Shown here piece by piece: positions 24,299-36,908 of a stretch of 64,000 nucleotides of DNA. The stretch's first letter is position 1. The number at the start of each line of letters is the position of its first letter. The translations under genes were made by a program, and so were the position numbers. The DNA comes from Felis catus (Eukaryota). A model generated the notes under the pieces. The model saw only the letters and a program-made list of their open reading frames with translations. It made no database searches and had not been told where the DNA came from. The stretch is from positions 221,528,001 to 221,592,000 of the forward strand of contig NC_058368.1 of NCBI RefSeq assembly GCF_018350175.1. The letters run 5' to 3'.

Positions 24299-26033
24299 AA
24301 CTTTAAGATGTGTCCTTGTAAAATTACAGGCCACAGACATAATCACCACTAAAGATTTCCAAGATGCAGGTAGCCTTAGAGTGATACTCATAATAAAGAA
24401 TCATTTGTAATAACTAACATATCTGTCAGCCTAATAAAATATCTTCCAACATAGACCCTTTCAGTATAATTTGCAGAAAGTAGACCTTTTATCTGGAGTT
24501 ATTCTTCAAAGCACACACAGCCAAGATTATGTAAATAACTGTGGAAACCACAGCCTTTGGATATCTCTCAGCTTTGGAGACTCACATAATGGGTATTTCA
24601 CATACAAGTATCCCCTCCTTTGATATATGATCATTAAAAAACAAGCTTCCTTTTGCTCAAAGGAATGTTTGACTCCAGAGACCCATTGTCAGGTCTGAAA
24701 AGTCTTCAGAAAGCCACTTTGGCTCTACAAAAGTTTAGGAATAATGGAGAAATATAAATTTTTAAACACTACGCCCGAAATCCAGTATATGGAATAGCAC
24801 ACACCTCTGGTGATGTCCTTTGTAACAAATACATCTTCTTTAAAGGTTCACATGTTTCCATAGGGTGCTGACACCTCAGAATAAGTCTGCTATTCTCGCT
24901 CTGATAACAACACCATTGGTGCCGGGGCAAGTGGTCCCAGTTTGATGGCTCAGGATAGTTTTTCCTTGTGATTTAGGCTTTGTTTCATGCCTGGGGGGAG
25001 TTGTTTCTCTTTCACTTAAGAACCAGAGTCCTTCAATCTCCTTACATTACTTTCCTTGTGATATAGCACTTTAAAAGCTCCCTGGCTGACAACTGTGGCC
25101 GGAGGCTGGGATCTGCTGGGAGCAGCATCATGCACTGAAAATAATATCAGTTCATCTGTTCACCAAGGGACCACAGTATATAGAGTCCTGGAATGGCTTT
25201 TAGGACTACACTGCAATAGCATGAGTTAGGAAGTGCACAGGGACACACGTTCTAATTTAGTGAGGAGTTTAAAAAACGCTTGATTTCATCATGTATATAG
25301 GCCACAGACATGAGAACGTTGTTGATTGTGTCCCCACATTTCAAATGCTGCTCGGCAGATCGTTACTTAGCGTAAAACTATGCAGTGAACAGATCCGTTT
25401 TGTTCCAAAACCCGTCTTTTTATTCACCTATTTTATTATGATTTGATTAAGTATACCAAGGCTGGAAGCAACCTCCAAATTCAGAGTTGTCAAGTCGGTC
25501 TAACGGGCTGCCCTCTCCTCTGGCTGAATCCGGCACTCATCCCCACATCAAACTGTCTGCAAAGAAGCCTGCACAGCTGGAATCCACCTTACCTGCATCT
25601 CTGTAGGACACTGCTTCAGGTCATCTGGCCTGTCTAACACTTTACTGGGTGGATTTGCTGGGCTGTGGTGTGGTTTCTTAATCCTCAGGCACCATCCAAT
25701 CCTGTCAGCACACTGGCCCTGTCAATTTTTGCAATTCTCCACCAAGCCCCGTCTCTGCCGAGAATTATGTGTCTCTTTTCACATCCCGGTGGGTGAATGC
25801 AGGGAGTCCCCAGTCTCCTGACTGAAAGGGAACTAAGTTGACCTGATAGCTTCAATTCACTAACTTTACAAAAGATCTAAAGAGTCTAAGGAAACCTAAG
25901 CTGCCCTAATATTATTGAAATAGTTACTTAGCTTTGGAAAAGAGAATGTATTTGGAAGTCAAGTCTTTAGGCTCATATTCCTTGTCTTGTTAGGATTTGA
26001 AACCCTCAAGGTTTTCATCTATTTATGCATTCA

Positions 26034-26037
<4 letters not shown>

Positions 26038-26079
<42 letters not shown>

Positions 26080-26200
26080 TGTATGTATATATATTGGTAT
26101 ATATATATTGGTATATATATATATATACGTATATATATTGGTATATATATATAATACCATATACATACCATATATACCATATAATATATATATGGTAATA
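26038..26200. repeat. (TA)n with degenerate tatattgg/tatacc extensions
   Basis: Direct reading. Confidence 0.95.
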
Positions 26201-26319
26201 TAAATTATTACTATTGTTAATAAAAACTGAAGTCAGGAGAGGGGGTAGACGGCAAGGCTGGTGTAGAGGTAGATCATGCAAGTCCTCTTAAGCTCCTGTG
26301 TGTGGTATTAAAAATCCTA

Positions 26320-26400
26320 ACTTCAAGATGTACTCTCTTCGTGACTTTCAAATGTATAACATTCTGTTGTTAACTATTGTCTCCATGCTGTACATTACGT
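26320..26400 (-). mobile_element. Short L1 3' UTR fragment
   Basis: actttcaaatgtataaca...ttaactattgtctccatgctgtacatta. Confidence 0.6.
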
Positions 26401-27693
26401 CTTCAATTCGCACTGAGACAGCTTTAAGTTGTTAATTACAGATGTTTCTACTACACTATGATATGTGAGTTTCTACAAAGCTTTTCATTCTGTAGAATTT
26501 ATATTAAAACAGCAGGATTCATGGGCAAAAAAAGAAAAAAGAATAAGATTTTGTGCAAATCCCCAAAACTTTTGAAGTCACCCCTTGCAATCATCATCCT
26601 AAGGGAAATATGAGCATCAAGGGACTGCTAATAAGTAAATATCCCTTTAAATATAAAATTGTATCTTAAGGAGAAAGGAAAAAAAAGTTTGAGGTACATA
26701 AAAGTGGGAGAACAAAACATGTGTCCGAAGAGAGCCAGAGGAAAGACCATGTGAACATGAGAAAAATGGGGATATGAGTCCACACTGTTCTCCCCCACAG
26801 TGCCAGTTAACTTCAGCCTTACTACAATATTTTGTGTTTGTGTTTGGCTATTATTTTTTTGTGAGCTAAATTTTTAATGTGTTGAGGAATTAGCTTATGA
26901 AACAACATACTTTTCATGTTATAATCAAATTCTTCTCTACTTAACTAATCATTTATAAGCCGATCTCCTCGGATTACAGACACACATTTTAGTGTAACAG
27001 AAGGGGAATGATGTAAACAGATGAGAAGTTCTAAAAGATTACTCTATCAAGGATCAACACTCAGACTTTGGATACTTCAACTCCAAAGGAGAAAGGGTAG
27101 CTGGAACCAGACTGGTTGCTGTGATGACGAATATACCCAGGTGCCCAACGTCAAAAACCCCTGATATAAAAAACAAAACAAAATAAAAAAAGAACCCACG
27201 TGCTTAAAGAAATAACCCTAGGTGTCGCTGCTGTCTAACTCTGAGTTTTGATATCATAGATCCCCTAAAACGTGGAGGAGAAACATTGCATGGAACAGAA
27301 AAATAAAAATGCAGCCTAATTACATATATTAAACTAGGTTTGGGAAGTCAGAGTTCCTGCCACTCATCTTTTCTATTCACGTTTATCGCCCCCGCTGCCC
27401 TGTGTACGTGTGGGCTAGGATTGACCTGAGTGTGGGGAGACACATGGAAGAAAGGGAAGGACTAAGAAATTAGAACACTTTGGATGTTGATGTTAGTTAG
27501 CAATGTCAACTTGAGTACAGATGAAGAAAGTATGTGCACTGTGCCTGCTCAGACTTACTGAAAACCGTTGCAAATATTGTCTGACCTCTTCAGCGTATCG
27601 TCAACATAGACATAAACAGTTCATGCTCGGTATTTGGTTTTGAATATTATGAATGAATTACTGAAGTGGCAACCATAGTTTGTGATTTAAATT

Positions 27694-27988
27694 CTTGCTG
27701 TCCAATAAAAAATAATGCAAACCACATATATAATTTTAACTTTCTAGTAAACACATTAAAAAAGGAAAAAGAAATAGGCGAGGTTAATTTTAATAGTTTT
27801 TTTTAACCGAACATATCCAAAATGTTATCATGTCCACAAGTAATAAACATAGAAATTGAAATATTCTACATTCTTCCTTATTTGTATTAATTCTCTGAAA
27901 TTTGCTACCTAAATTAAAAATCTCAAATTGCCACATTTCAGCTAAATAGACACATATGGCTACTGGTTACCGTATTGGACAATGCGCA
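27694..27988. mobile_element. MER33-like hAT DNA transposon relic
   Basis: Inverted ends gctgtccaata ... tattggacaatgc; interior matches the recalled MER33 consensus. Confidence 0.88.
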
Positions 27989-29149
27989 TCTAAGCTGACT
28001 TTTTATGAACATGATTTTGCCAGAATAAAAAGCTGCAATTAAACATATACCTACTTATGTCTTTGTCAGTATCTAACAGTCTCACCCCTTCAAACAAAAG
28101 AAAAATGATCACATCTTCTTTTATTTCTTTTTGGGGAGAGTATTCTTATAGAATGCTTTCAAATTAAAATTTTTGGATGTCTCCCATCTCGCATGTTATT
28201 TCAAGCATGGTTCCCACATTAAATGTTTAAATTTGAATATCTGTGAGGAATGCATTATCATGTTGGTTATGTTGTGGATAACTGAATAAGCACGGAGCTG
28301 AATTGCAGCTGACAAGTTGCCATGTTTTAGAGACGTTTAATTAAACATATATTGATTTTGATTTTAGTTCTCTTGTTTTGGAAGCATTCTATATAATTTC
28401 TAGCCTCCAACATTTTTGGCTCTTGAAAAGCTTCCAATTTTCGTCTGTAGGCAGTGAGCGTGTAGTGCCAAGTGTATAAAACCGTGCTGGCTTGAACTGC
28501 ATTTTCCCCATCCCTGCTCCCAGGGTGTATAGGGTTGTTCTTGTCCATTTCGTTCTCAGTGCAATTGTCATGTAAAGCTGGCTTTTGCTGCCTTAACTTC
28601 TGCCATCAGGATATTCTGTCTGTTGTGTTTTTGTTTTTGTTTTAGTTTGTTTGTTTGTTTTTCTTCCCCCAGGCATTAGTAACTTTGCTCTCATTTATTT
28701 TTCTTTACATTTATTTTCTGCTTCTGATTTAAGAAAGACAAGGATTGTGTATGTTTTCTCACTGACTGTACCATAAAAGATTTTGTAGACACTTGATAAA
28801 CCTTAAATAAGTGAATGAAAGAAAAAAAAAAAAAGAGTTGCTTGTTGTAAGGAAGAGGTCAAAACTCCCTTTACCTAAATTCAGAAGAGAGGTTATCTGT
28901 GTGGTGGGGATCCAAGGTTGCTCCAAGTGCCCACCTTATACAAAATAATTCCCACATATCCAGGCTAGAGAAGCAATTCTTTAAAGTGAAAGCTTATACA
29001 GGCTTATAAAACCATCTGACATTATCATTCAGTAATATCATTGAATTACATTTAGTAATTTATCTTGTTCTTTCCTGGAAGGTCTGATTCTTCCTATTCT
29101 CCAACTCTAGGGATTTTCTTTCGCTTTTTAATTTTTTTGTTCCTAAGTG

Positions 29150-29364
29150 TATGGTTCTCGATCTTGGCATATTTTGCTTCTTGGAGATATTTGGTAATGC
29201 CTGGAGAAAATGTTAGTTGTCACAATTGGGAGTAAGTGGGGAGGAAGCTCCTGTCACTTACTGAGCAGAGGAAAGAAATGTGGCTAAAAGTCAAATGCAC
29301 ATAATAGCTCCCCAGTAACAACTATCCCACCCCAAATATCAGAGGGTGGCTTTGTGAAGCCCTA
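29150..29364. mobile_element. MER20-like hAT DNA transposon relic
   Basis: tggttctc...atttggtaatgcctggaga...ttgtcacaa.tggg...gaagccct. Confidence 0.8.
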
Positions 29365-29579
29365 CTTTAACCTAGTCCACATTAAAAATAATGATCTGTG
29401 TTTTAGCCTTAAAATGATTATTGAATTTTAGAAATTGCTTCCGTTAATGGTATACCCTTTGCTTCATTACAACTAAAGCTTTTGAAGACTGCAAACAACT
29501 TAGTTTATCCAAATTTGCAAGTTGAATAGCAGTGTCCATTTAGCAGTGTAATTATTTTACAGTCTATCCTCTCTGCTTT

Positions 29580-29652
29580 TGTTTTCTTTTTTTCTTTGTT
29601 AAGTTCATTTATTTATTTTCAAGAGAAACAGAGACAGCTTGAGTTGGGAAAG

Positions 29653-29692
<40 letters not shown>

Positions 29693-29818
29693 CCTAAGTA
29701 AACTCCTTGCCGTCAGCACAGAGCCCAATGCAGGGCTCGAACTCACGACACTGTGAGATCATGACATGAGCCGAAACCAAGAGTAGGACGTTTAACCCAC
29801 TGAGCCACCCAGGTGCAC
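29580..29818 (-). mobile_element. Can-SINE, ~100 bp upstream of the CDH12 acceptor
   Basis: T tail, (GA)n, ending tgagccacccaggtgca. Confidence 0.93.
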
Positions 29819-29917
29819 TTCTGTTTCTTTAAGTGTTGGCAGACATAATGAGAGTTTTGATGATTATCATCATGTAATTCTGTCAATTTAATGTATCTTT
29901 GTTAATCTGTTTTATAG

Positions 29918-30104
29918 GTCCCTTTAGATGGAATGTGATACGGCAGAAACCTTTTCATCCAAAGGATTGATGCCTGCATTATCACTTCTGCAATAAGACA
30001 GAAAAGTTAAGTGGTGGAGGCCACAGACACCTCAAACCTGGATTCCACAATTCCACGTTAAGTGCTGGAATTTTTATTACTCTGCTGCAGGAAAGCCTTT
30101 GCCA
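29918..30104 (+). other. CDH12: 5' UTR portion of the CDH12 first coding exon
   Basis: Acceptor tctttgttaatctgttttatag|G with AG at 29916-29917, followed by unique sequence running into the ATG. An alternative AG lies at 29926-29927. Confidence 0.8.
29928..29996 (+). promoter_or_regulatory. 22-codon upstream ORF (MECDTAETFSSKGLMPALSLLQ*) in the CDH12 5' UTR, with a nested ATGTGA start-stop at 29933-29938
   Basis: Read directly: ATG 29928 to TAA 29994-29996. Translation is not shown. Confidence 0.55.
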
Positions 30105-30335
30105 ATGCTCACAAGGAACTGCTTATCCCTGCTTCTCTGGGTCCTGTTTGATGGAGGTCTCCTAACACCACTTCAGCCACAGCCACAACAGACTTTAGCC
30201 ACGGAACCAACAGAAAATGTTCTCCACCTGCCAGGGAGGCGATCACATTTCCAGCGAGTTAAACGTGGCTGGGTATGGAATCAATTTTTTGTGCTGGAGG
30301 AATACATGGGCTCCGAGCCTCAGTATGTGGGAAAG
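30105..30335 (+). CDS. CDH12: Cadherin-12 (type II classical cadherin), first coding exon, codons 1-77; CDS continues beyond the window
   Basis: Translates as [77 protein letters not shown], matching the recalled CDH12 N-terminus. It has a signal peptide, the RVKR proprotein-convertase site and the type [10 protein letters not shown] motif, and ends at a phase-0 donor AAG|GTAATG (30335/30336). Confidence 0.97.
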
Positions 30336-30429
30336 GTAATGGCGTGTTTCTTTTGACAACCACTTAATTGCAAGGGGGAGAATGCATTGTGTATTGTGTA
30401 TGGATGTTTTGCACAGGAGCTGAACAAAC

Positions 30430-30545
30430 CAGTGACTAGAACACTGGAATTGAAATCCGAGAGACCTGGTTTCTCTTCCTGACCCAGTGGCCCGGGTAAG
30501 CTTTGGAATATCATTTAATCACTCTTTATCGCAATTCTCCCTGGT
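30430..30545 (+). mobile_element. MIR fragment
   Basis: agtgactagaacactggaattgaaatccgagagacctggtttc resembles the MIR head. Confidence 0.55.
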
Positions 30546-33500
30546 TATTTTACTGAAGTGAATATATATATATATTTTTTTTCTTATTTTTAAACTTTTG
30601 TTTTTAAGTTCTGTTCCTATTATTTATTTATTTATTTTTATTTTAACACCCTTTACTAAAGACATACAGTTAAAATATCAAACCTCATTAAAAGTGTTGT
30701 CACAGCACATTATTGCTCACGGACATTCTGGAATTGCTTACCAAGAAGAGACATAGAAAACAATAACCAGCCTGGATATTCTAACCTGCTATTGATATCC
30801 TTGAATGGCCAGGATGTCAAACTACTTGGAACATGGTTTTGAAGTATTTTACATGGCTTGCTCATACTTTAGAAATAATTTATTTATTATATGTTTTGCA
30901 AGCTATTTATGAAGCTATTTGTGGCCAAAGTAATACATTTTGGAACCCAAATACATACGCCTCAATATTCAACACAGCATGCCATTTTTCAATCTGATTG
31001 TAAGTTCATAGAAATTTATTTTATTTTTTCACAAAATAGATAATGGCACCTTTTTGTGTCAGCACAATTATGCTTTACTGCTGTTTTCCTTACCTAACAT
31101 TTTTGACCCATGTCTACAGTAGATAGAACTTATCAATGCTACCACAAAAACTATTGTTTCCAGAAAAATAAATATTTTGTTTTATTTATATTTCGTCAAT
31201 TAACTGTTTTTAAATGTTCTAAAGGATTTTACCATGGTTTTCATAAAAACACATATGCTTAAAAAGAGTTTAAAATAAATCCAAAGACAGAAATAGAAAA
31301 CGATGGTAAGAGGAGTACTAGGAAGCTGATATAGAAGAGCATGTCTGTTGCACATTAAAGTCCTCAGAGATTTCTGGAAGGCTAAACTTATGAGAAATAT
31401 GGTGAGTCTTATGATTCCAATGTTAGGTCCAAGGAAGCAAATCCAGTCCAGATTTAAATTATTTGCACGATATTTTTGGAATTTACCTTTTAGAAATCTG
31501 TTTAAAGAATATTGAATACGAAAGTGGAAAAGGTCTTCAAATAGAACCTTTGTTGAAAATGAACACACAGCTAGGGTTTCTCTGAGGTATATGGGGCCTC
31601 GGGCCAATATTTTCTTTGGGCTACCTATCTCTATATAAAGTTTGAGTCACACCAAATCTGTCTTTGAGTACCGTTTTGGAAGTCCAATTTTTAGCGATTT
31701 TGTAAAACATATACAATGCCATTAGCAGAAGCAATCTCCTTGACAGACTACCTCGTAGGAATAGGGCCTGGTCATGTGGCCCTGGGACAACTCCACAGGT
31801 GTTGGTTCTGAACTTTCACAGGGGGTCTGATAAACCCAAAATTAAGTAGAAAGAGGGCACCTTCAAGGGGGAAATGGTCACTAAAGCCCACGCAGTTGCA
31901 GTTCAGCCCGTGACACCCTGACCCAGATGGCACTGATGCCCACAAATAGACCTGGGGAAAGAGGAGTCTCAGAAAATTTGAGGGAAAGCATTCCAAAACA
32001 TGGAAGCCCCCTGATGTTACTGTAAATTGCTTTTGCTCATATGATTCCTCTATATGATCATGAAATGTAATAATCATTATGGTGAGATAGTTTCCTGTTG
32101 CTCTAGTACACTTGTTTCTTATGAGTTAATGTAATATAAAGATCAAGTTTTGAAATCTAAGACAAATGGACAGGTAGCATAGCTCTAAAAAGGTCTCATG
32201 GGTCTCCATATTCTCAACTCTGCTTATGATGGAAACTAGACTTCACATTGAGGTTCCTGGCAAGTACCTAATGAGAAAGTATTCTCTCTGGGTTTGATTG
32301 AAGCAGATTCATAGCCTTTAGTTGCCTGAATCTGAAGTGAGAGGATTGTTTGTTGAAAACTTAACGAAACTGACTTTTACTCTATCTTAAATAGAGTAGC
32401 ATTTCACCTAGGAATTGTATTTCCAAGTTTGATTTGATAATCTGGAATCACACCTTTGTAATTGCTACTATAGTATAGAATTCATGCAATTCATTTAAAA
32501 GATGAATTAGTGTTTGTAATTAGATTTTTAAAGGAGTGGGTCCAAGATCTAACCTGCTATTAAATTAAAACAACATTATTTTCAGTCACACCTTTGTAAC
32601 ATGTGGTGAAAAGCCGTGGTTCTCTCGTAATGTATGTTCCCAATGCAGATGAAACAAGAGTTGCCAAGGTTTCCTTTCCACATGGAAACAAATTAAAGTT
32701 TAATTACCTCTGTCTTGATGAGTCTAGATGTGGGAATAGTAATATAATAACATCGGGACCATTTCAAGTCATTATGTGTATGTGTGTAAACATATATTAA
32801 TATATTTATGCTTCTGCTCTTTTTAGAAAGGCCTTGAGACAGTTCACAGAAAAATAAAATATCATAAATAATATAGAATTCAAGGCTAGGGAAGGAGGCA
32901 AATGCCAAAAATGCCAAGCACAGTGGTCAACTGAACTACTATAATTGAGCCTCAAATTTAACTTTATGTTTTTTGCAACACTGGCATCTATGAAAACATT
33001 AACTTTTACAGTTCTCATTATTGAAAGCTCCACTTGTTGAGAAGAAAAATGTATGTCCCTAGCTTCAATTATAAAAAATGTATTCATGTGGAAATTTATA
33101 GTTAGTATCCTGAATAGCTTAGTGGACATTAGCCTCAACAATTGTTATATTTAAAAGGAGCAGATATTAATGTTGACATTCTTTCAAGAAAGACCAAACT
33201 GTGACATTGCTTCTAATGAATACTTTTTATACAAAGAAATCACAAGGGTGTCCAGAGATAAAACCAAGGATTTCCTCAAATAGACATTTTAGATTTACTA
33301 CAATACTTGGATGAGTGCAAGATACTATAATGCAGAGTAACATAGAAATGAATTTGATCAGCAAAATATTTTAATTCAGATGCTGTCAATTGCTCAAAGT
33401 CCTCATCAAACAAAACAAAACAAAAACAGATATTACTAAAAGCATGCACACACACAATGCACACACACACACTCACAGAGTGAGTATGATGCTTGCACCA

Positions 33501-33829
33501 ACATGTATAACTGAGTTCCTATGCCTGTGTAATACTAAGTTATATTATAGCCTCAAAGCTATGTACCAAGAAAATGCCGCTCAATTGTCCTCAAGTAATT
33601 ATTTAGGAAATTTAGTTGTCATTGCACATGATCTTTGTTAGCAGTGATTCTTAGATTTAAATTGTTTAAAATGGCAAAAATATTAAAAATTGAAACATAG
33701 ATAAACTCTAATTTTGGAGGCATCTGTTTACTCAATATGTTGTTTATTGAGAATGCATTGCAATTTGAAAAAGTGTTAAACCTTGTAGGGATCAATTTAT
33801 ATATGAAGTCCTTAGATTACAATTATATT

Positions 33830-34050
33830 CAGTAAACCTTACTGAGTGCTACTTTGGTCACTGTTTTAGTTGCCTTGCATACATAAAATTATGCAGTCTT
33901 CAAAATAGCACTATGAAAAAGATTTCTAGTAGCCCCATTTTACATATCAGAAAACTGAGGTGCAGAAAAGTCAGGTAACTTTCCCGTGGCCCAACAGGCA
34001 ATAAATGTTGAAACTAGGATTTTAAGTCAGGTAGTTTAGCTCCATTGCAC
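33830..34050 (-). mobile_element. MIR
   Basis: ccccattttacatatcagaaaactgagg..aggtaactttccc. Confidence 0.8.
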
Positions 34051-34228
34051 CAGAAAATACCACAGTTCGTTATCTTATGGTAACAATAATTTCAATCCTC
34101 TGTTGAAAGTACTGTAATGAAAACCCTTTTATGGATGGTGGAGACAAAAGCAAGTCTGTGGGTCTGTTTAGAAGATAGAGGAATTTGAGAAAGCCTTCAC
34201 AGATAAGGGAGCATCTGAGATGTGGCTT

Positions 34229-34440
34229 TTTTTTTTAACGTTCATTTATTTATTTTGAGAGAGTAAGAGTGAGCAGGGGAGGTGCAGAGAGTGGGGGGGG
34301 GGAGAGAGAGAGAATCCCAAGCAACCTCTGTGCTGTCAGTGTAGAGCCCAGTTTGGGGCTCAGACCCACAAAACGTGAAATCGTTACCTCAGCCAAAACC
34401 AAGAGTCAGACACTTAACCGACTAAACCACCCAGGCGCCC
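34229..34440 (-). mobile_element. Can-SINE
   Basis: TSD ctgagatgtg(g/t)ctt at 34215-34228 and 34441-34454. Confidence 0.95.
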
Positions 34441-34648
34441 CTGAGATGTGTCTTGAAGGATGGCTCATTTTTTTAGAAGACAGAATCTGAGAGAAAACTT
34501 TATAAGCACTGAGGATTGAAAATTCAAAGTGAGCTTTAGATAACCATATTTCAATATAATCAGAGAATGTAAAGCCAGTTGTTAAGGGTAGGTAACTACA
34601 GAAAGTATCACAGAGGCTCAATTCTGATACCAAGATTAGTAACATTTT

Positions 34649-34649
34649 C

Positions 34650-34694
<45 letters not shown>

Positions 34695-34710
34695 ATCTAT
34701 CATCTATCTA
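34649..34710. repeat. (TCTA)n tetranucleotide at the tail of an L1
   Basis: Direct reading. Confidence 0.97.
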
Positions 34711-34965
34711 AATTGAGGTGTAGTTGGAATAAAACATTATAGTAGTTTCAGGTGTACAACATAGTGATTCAGTATTTGCACACACTGCAAGATGCTCACT
34801 ATAATAAGTCTCGTTATCTGTCACCATGCATCATTACAATTTTTTCCTTGTTTTTTTTTTTACAATTTTTTCTTGTAAATTAGGACTTTTAAAATTTAGT
34901 CTCTTAGTAACTTTCCAATATTCAATAGAATATTAATATCTATAGTCCCATGTTGTATATTACAT
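34711..34965 (-). mobile_element. L1 3' UTR end
   Basis: aattgaggtgtagttg...tagtttcaggtgtacaacatagtgattc. Confidence 0.85.
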
Positions 34966-35039
34966 ACAGTATAATTTGTTCATCAAGGTGTCATGATCCA
35001 TGAATATGTCGTGGTTGAGGATTCACATGGACAGAGTTG

Positions 35040-35880
35040 CAGTTATAGAATGAGCACCCAGAGTGCCATTTAATACACATTGCAGATGGGGGAACAGGCA
35101 TGGAGACAGGGAGAACAAGTAGGAGAAGGTTACAGTGGTCTTGTCTAGGAAGTAACGAGGGAATGGGATGTTAGAGTTGGAGATTTGACAGGTGGACAGA
35201 TTATAAAATATTTCAAGATCTGTCGGTCATGGGAATTAAAAGGATGAGACAGAACATTAGTGGATAATTGCATGTAGAGAATGAAAGAGAAGGAGAAGTA
35301 AACTAAGTGACTCGTATTTCTGGCTTTGTTTCACTAGTATCCAGCCTAGAGTTGAGACGCAAGTAAGAAACAAAATGATCGCTGTTAGACTTTACACAGC
35401 CATAGTTACTTAGACATACCCAGGTAAAGTATCTCATATATATTTAGGATATTAATCTGGAGTTCACAAAAGAGGCCTATGGTATATACAGATATAGGGG
35501 TAACTGGTCACAGATGATCATCAAAATCAGTACCTAGAGTGGGCAACACACTCTAGGAAAAATCACAAGCAGGTATATGAACCCTGACTTTTAACTGAGA
35601 AACAAGGGAAGAAGAATTTGGTAGATCTATTTAATAAAAAGCAAAACAAAGATATTAAATAGTGTGATGGAAAATAAACTGAAAGTTGGGGAGTGCAAAA
35701 TGACAAATAAATGTTGCAATTCACAGATCAAATTAAATAATGACTGAAAAAGCCTCTACTGGTTTTGTCAGTGAGCCAGAGGTGACCTTTGTCAAAATAG
35801 TTTAATGATTTTCTTTAGAGCTTAAAGAAAGGCAAAAGGAATAGGTACAGTGAATAGATTTCAAAAGTGTAGTTGAAAGA
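35040..35880 (-). mobile_element. L2 (degenerate)
   Basis: Purine-rich L2-like text, e.g. aggtgacctttgtcaaaatagttt. Confidence 0.55.
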
Positions 35881-35924
35881 GATTGATCTATGCCCTCTGT
35901 ATATGCCTGGTTTGATCTGCCAGG

Positions 35925-36016
35925 CATTCTATTAGGTAGAGTTCTGCAGATAAACAAAACCAACAGGATACATGTGTGTATATATATGTATATACATATG
36001 TATATATATACGTGTA

Positions 36017-36053
<37 letters not shown>

Positions 36054-36200
36054 GTCTCTATATATAAGGAGAGAGCAAAACAGAGAGAATTTGATTTTAA
36101 GGAATTGGCCCACATGATTGTGGAGATTCAAGTCCAAAAATCTTCAGGGTAGGCCAGCAAGCTGGAGATTCAGGGAAGAGTTGCAGATATAATTCAAGGC
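35925..36200 (-). mobile_element. MLT2-like (ERVL) LTR fragment with an internal TA/TG microsatellite
   Basis: gttctgcagataaacaaaaccaacagga, ttttaaggaattggcccacatgattgtggag, caagtccaaaaatc, gctggagattcagggaagagttgcag. Confidence 0.85.
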
Positions 36201-36212
36201 CATGGCAATAGA

Positions 36213-36353
36213 ATTTTCTTTTTCTTTTTCTTTTTCTTTTTCTTCTCTTCTCTTCTCTTCTCTTCTCTTCTCTTCTCTTCTCTTCTCGTCTCTCCTCATC
36301 TCTTCTTTTTCTCTTCTCTTCTCTTTCCCTTTCTTTTTTCTTTTTTTCTTTTT
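36213..36353. repeat. (TTTTTC)n/(TTCTC)n pyrimidine tract
   Basis: Direct reading. Confidence 0.95.
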
Positions 36354-36447
36354 GCAATTATATGTAGGATTTGGTTTTGGATTAGCAAAGAAAAAGAATA
36401 ATAAAAAAGAAGAGATAGCACAATAGCTTATTAAAATGGCTCTAATT

Positions 36448-36675
36448 GGGGGTGCCCAGGTGGCTCAGTCAGTTAAGCATCCGACTTCAGCTCGGTCATA
36501 ATTTCACAGTTTGTGAGTCTGAGCCTCACGTCAGGCTCTGTGCTGACAGTTCAGAGCCTGGAACCTACTTCAGATTCCTGTGTCCCTCTCTTTCTGCCCC
36601 TCCCCCACTCATGCTCTGTCTCCGTCTCTCTCTGTCTCTCTGAAAAATAAACATTTAAAAAATTTAAACATGTAA
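36448..36675 (+). mobile_element. Can-SINE
   Basis: TSD taaaat(g/a)gctctaatt at 36432-36447 and 36676-36691. Confidence 0.95.
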
Positions 36676-36855
36676 TAAAATAGCTCTAATTGCATTGTAA
36701 AAAATAATTTGTCTATCCAAAATTTCTTCTAAAATAACACAATGTTAGGATGATATTTTTATTCATGTACATAACTCTCTGCACCCAATAAAAATGTAAA
36801 TTATATCATAAAGTTAAACTAACACATTTAAAAGATGTTTTCATGGCTCAGCATT

Positions 36856-36856
<1 letters not shown>

Positions 36857-36886
<30 letters not shown>

Positions 36887-36908
36887 CCTATCTATTATCC
36901 ATCTATCT
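36857..36908. repeat. (TCTA)n
   Basis: Direct reading. Confidence 0.95.

Noticed and set aside
23230..24410. Phe/Ser- and Lys/Glu/Arg-rich ORFs
   Set aside because: Translations of microsatellites.
27121..27164. C/D box snoRNA-like GTGATGA...CTGA
   Set aside because: Too short, no convincing terminal stem, and no recognisable rRNA guide.
30099..30356. ORF-track 85-aa ORF starting at TTG and ending VMACFF*
   Set aside because: The true start is ATG 30105, and the last codons are intron read-through past the donor at 30335/30336.
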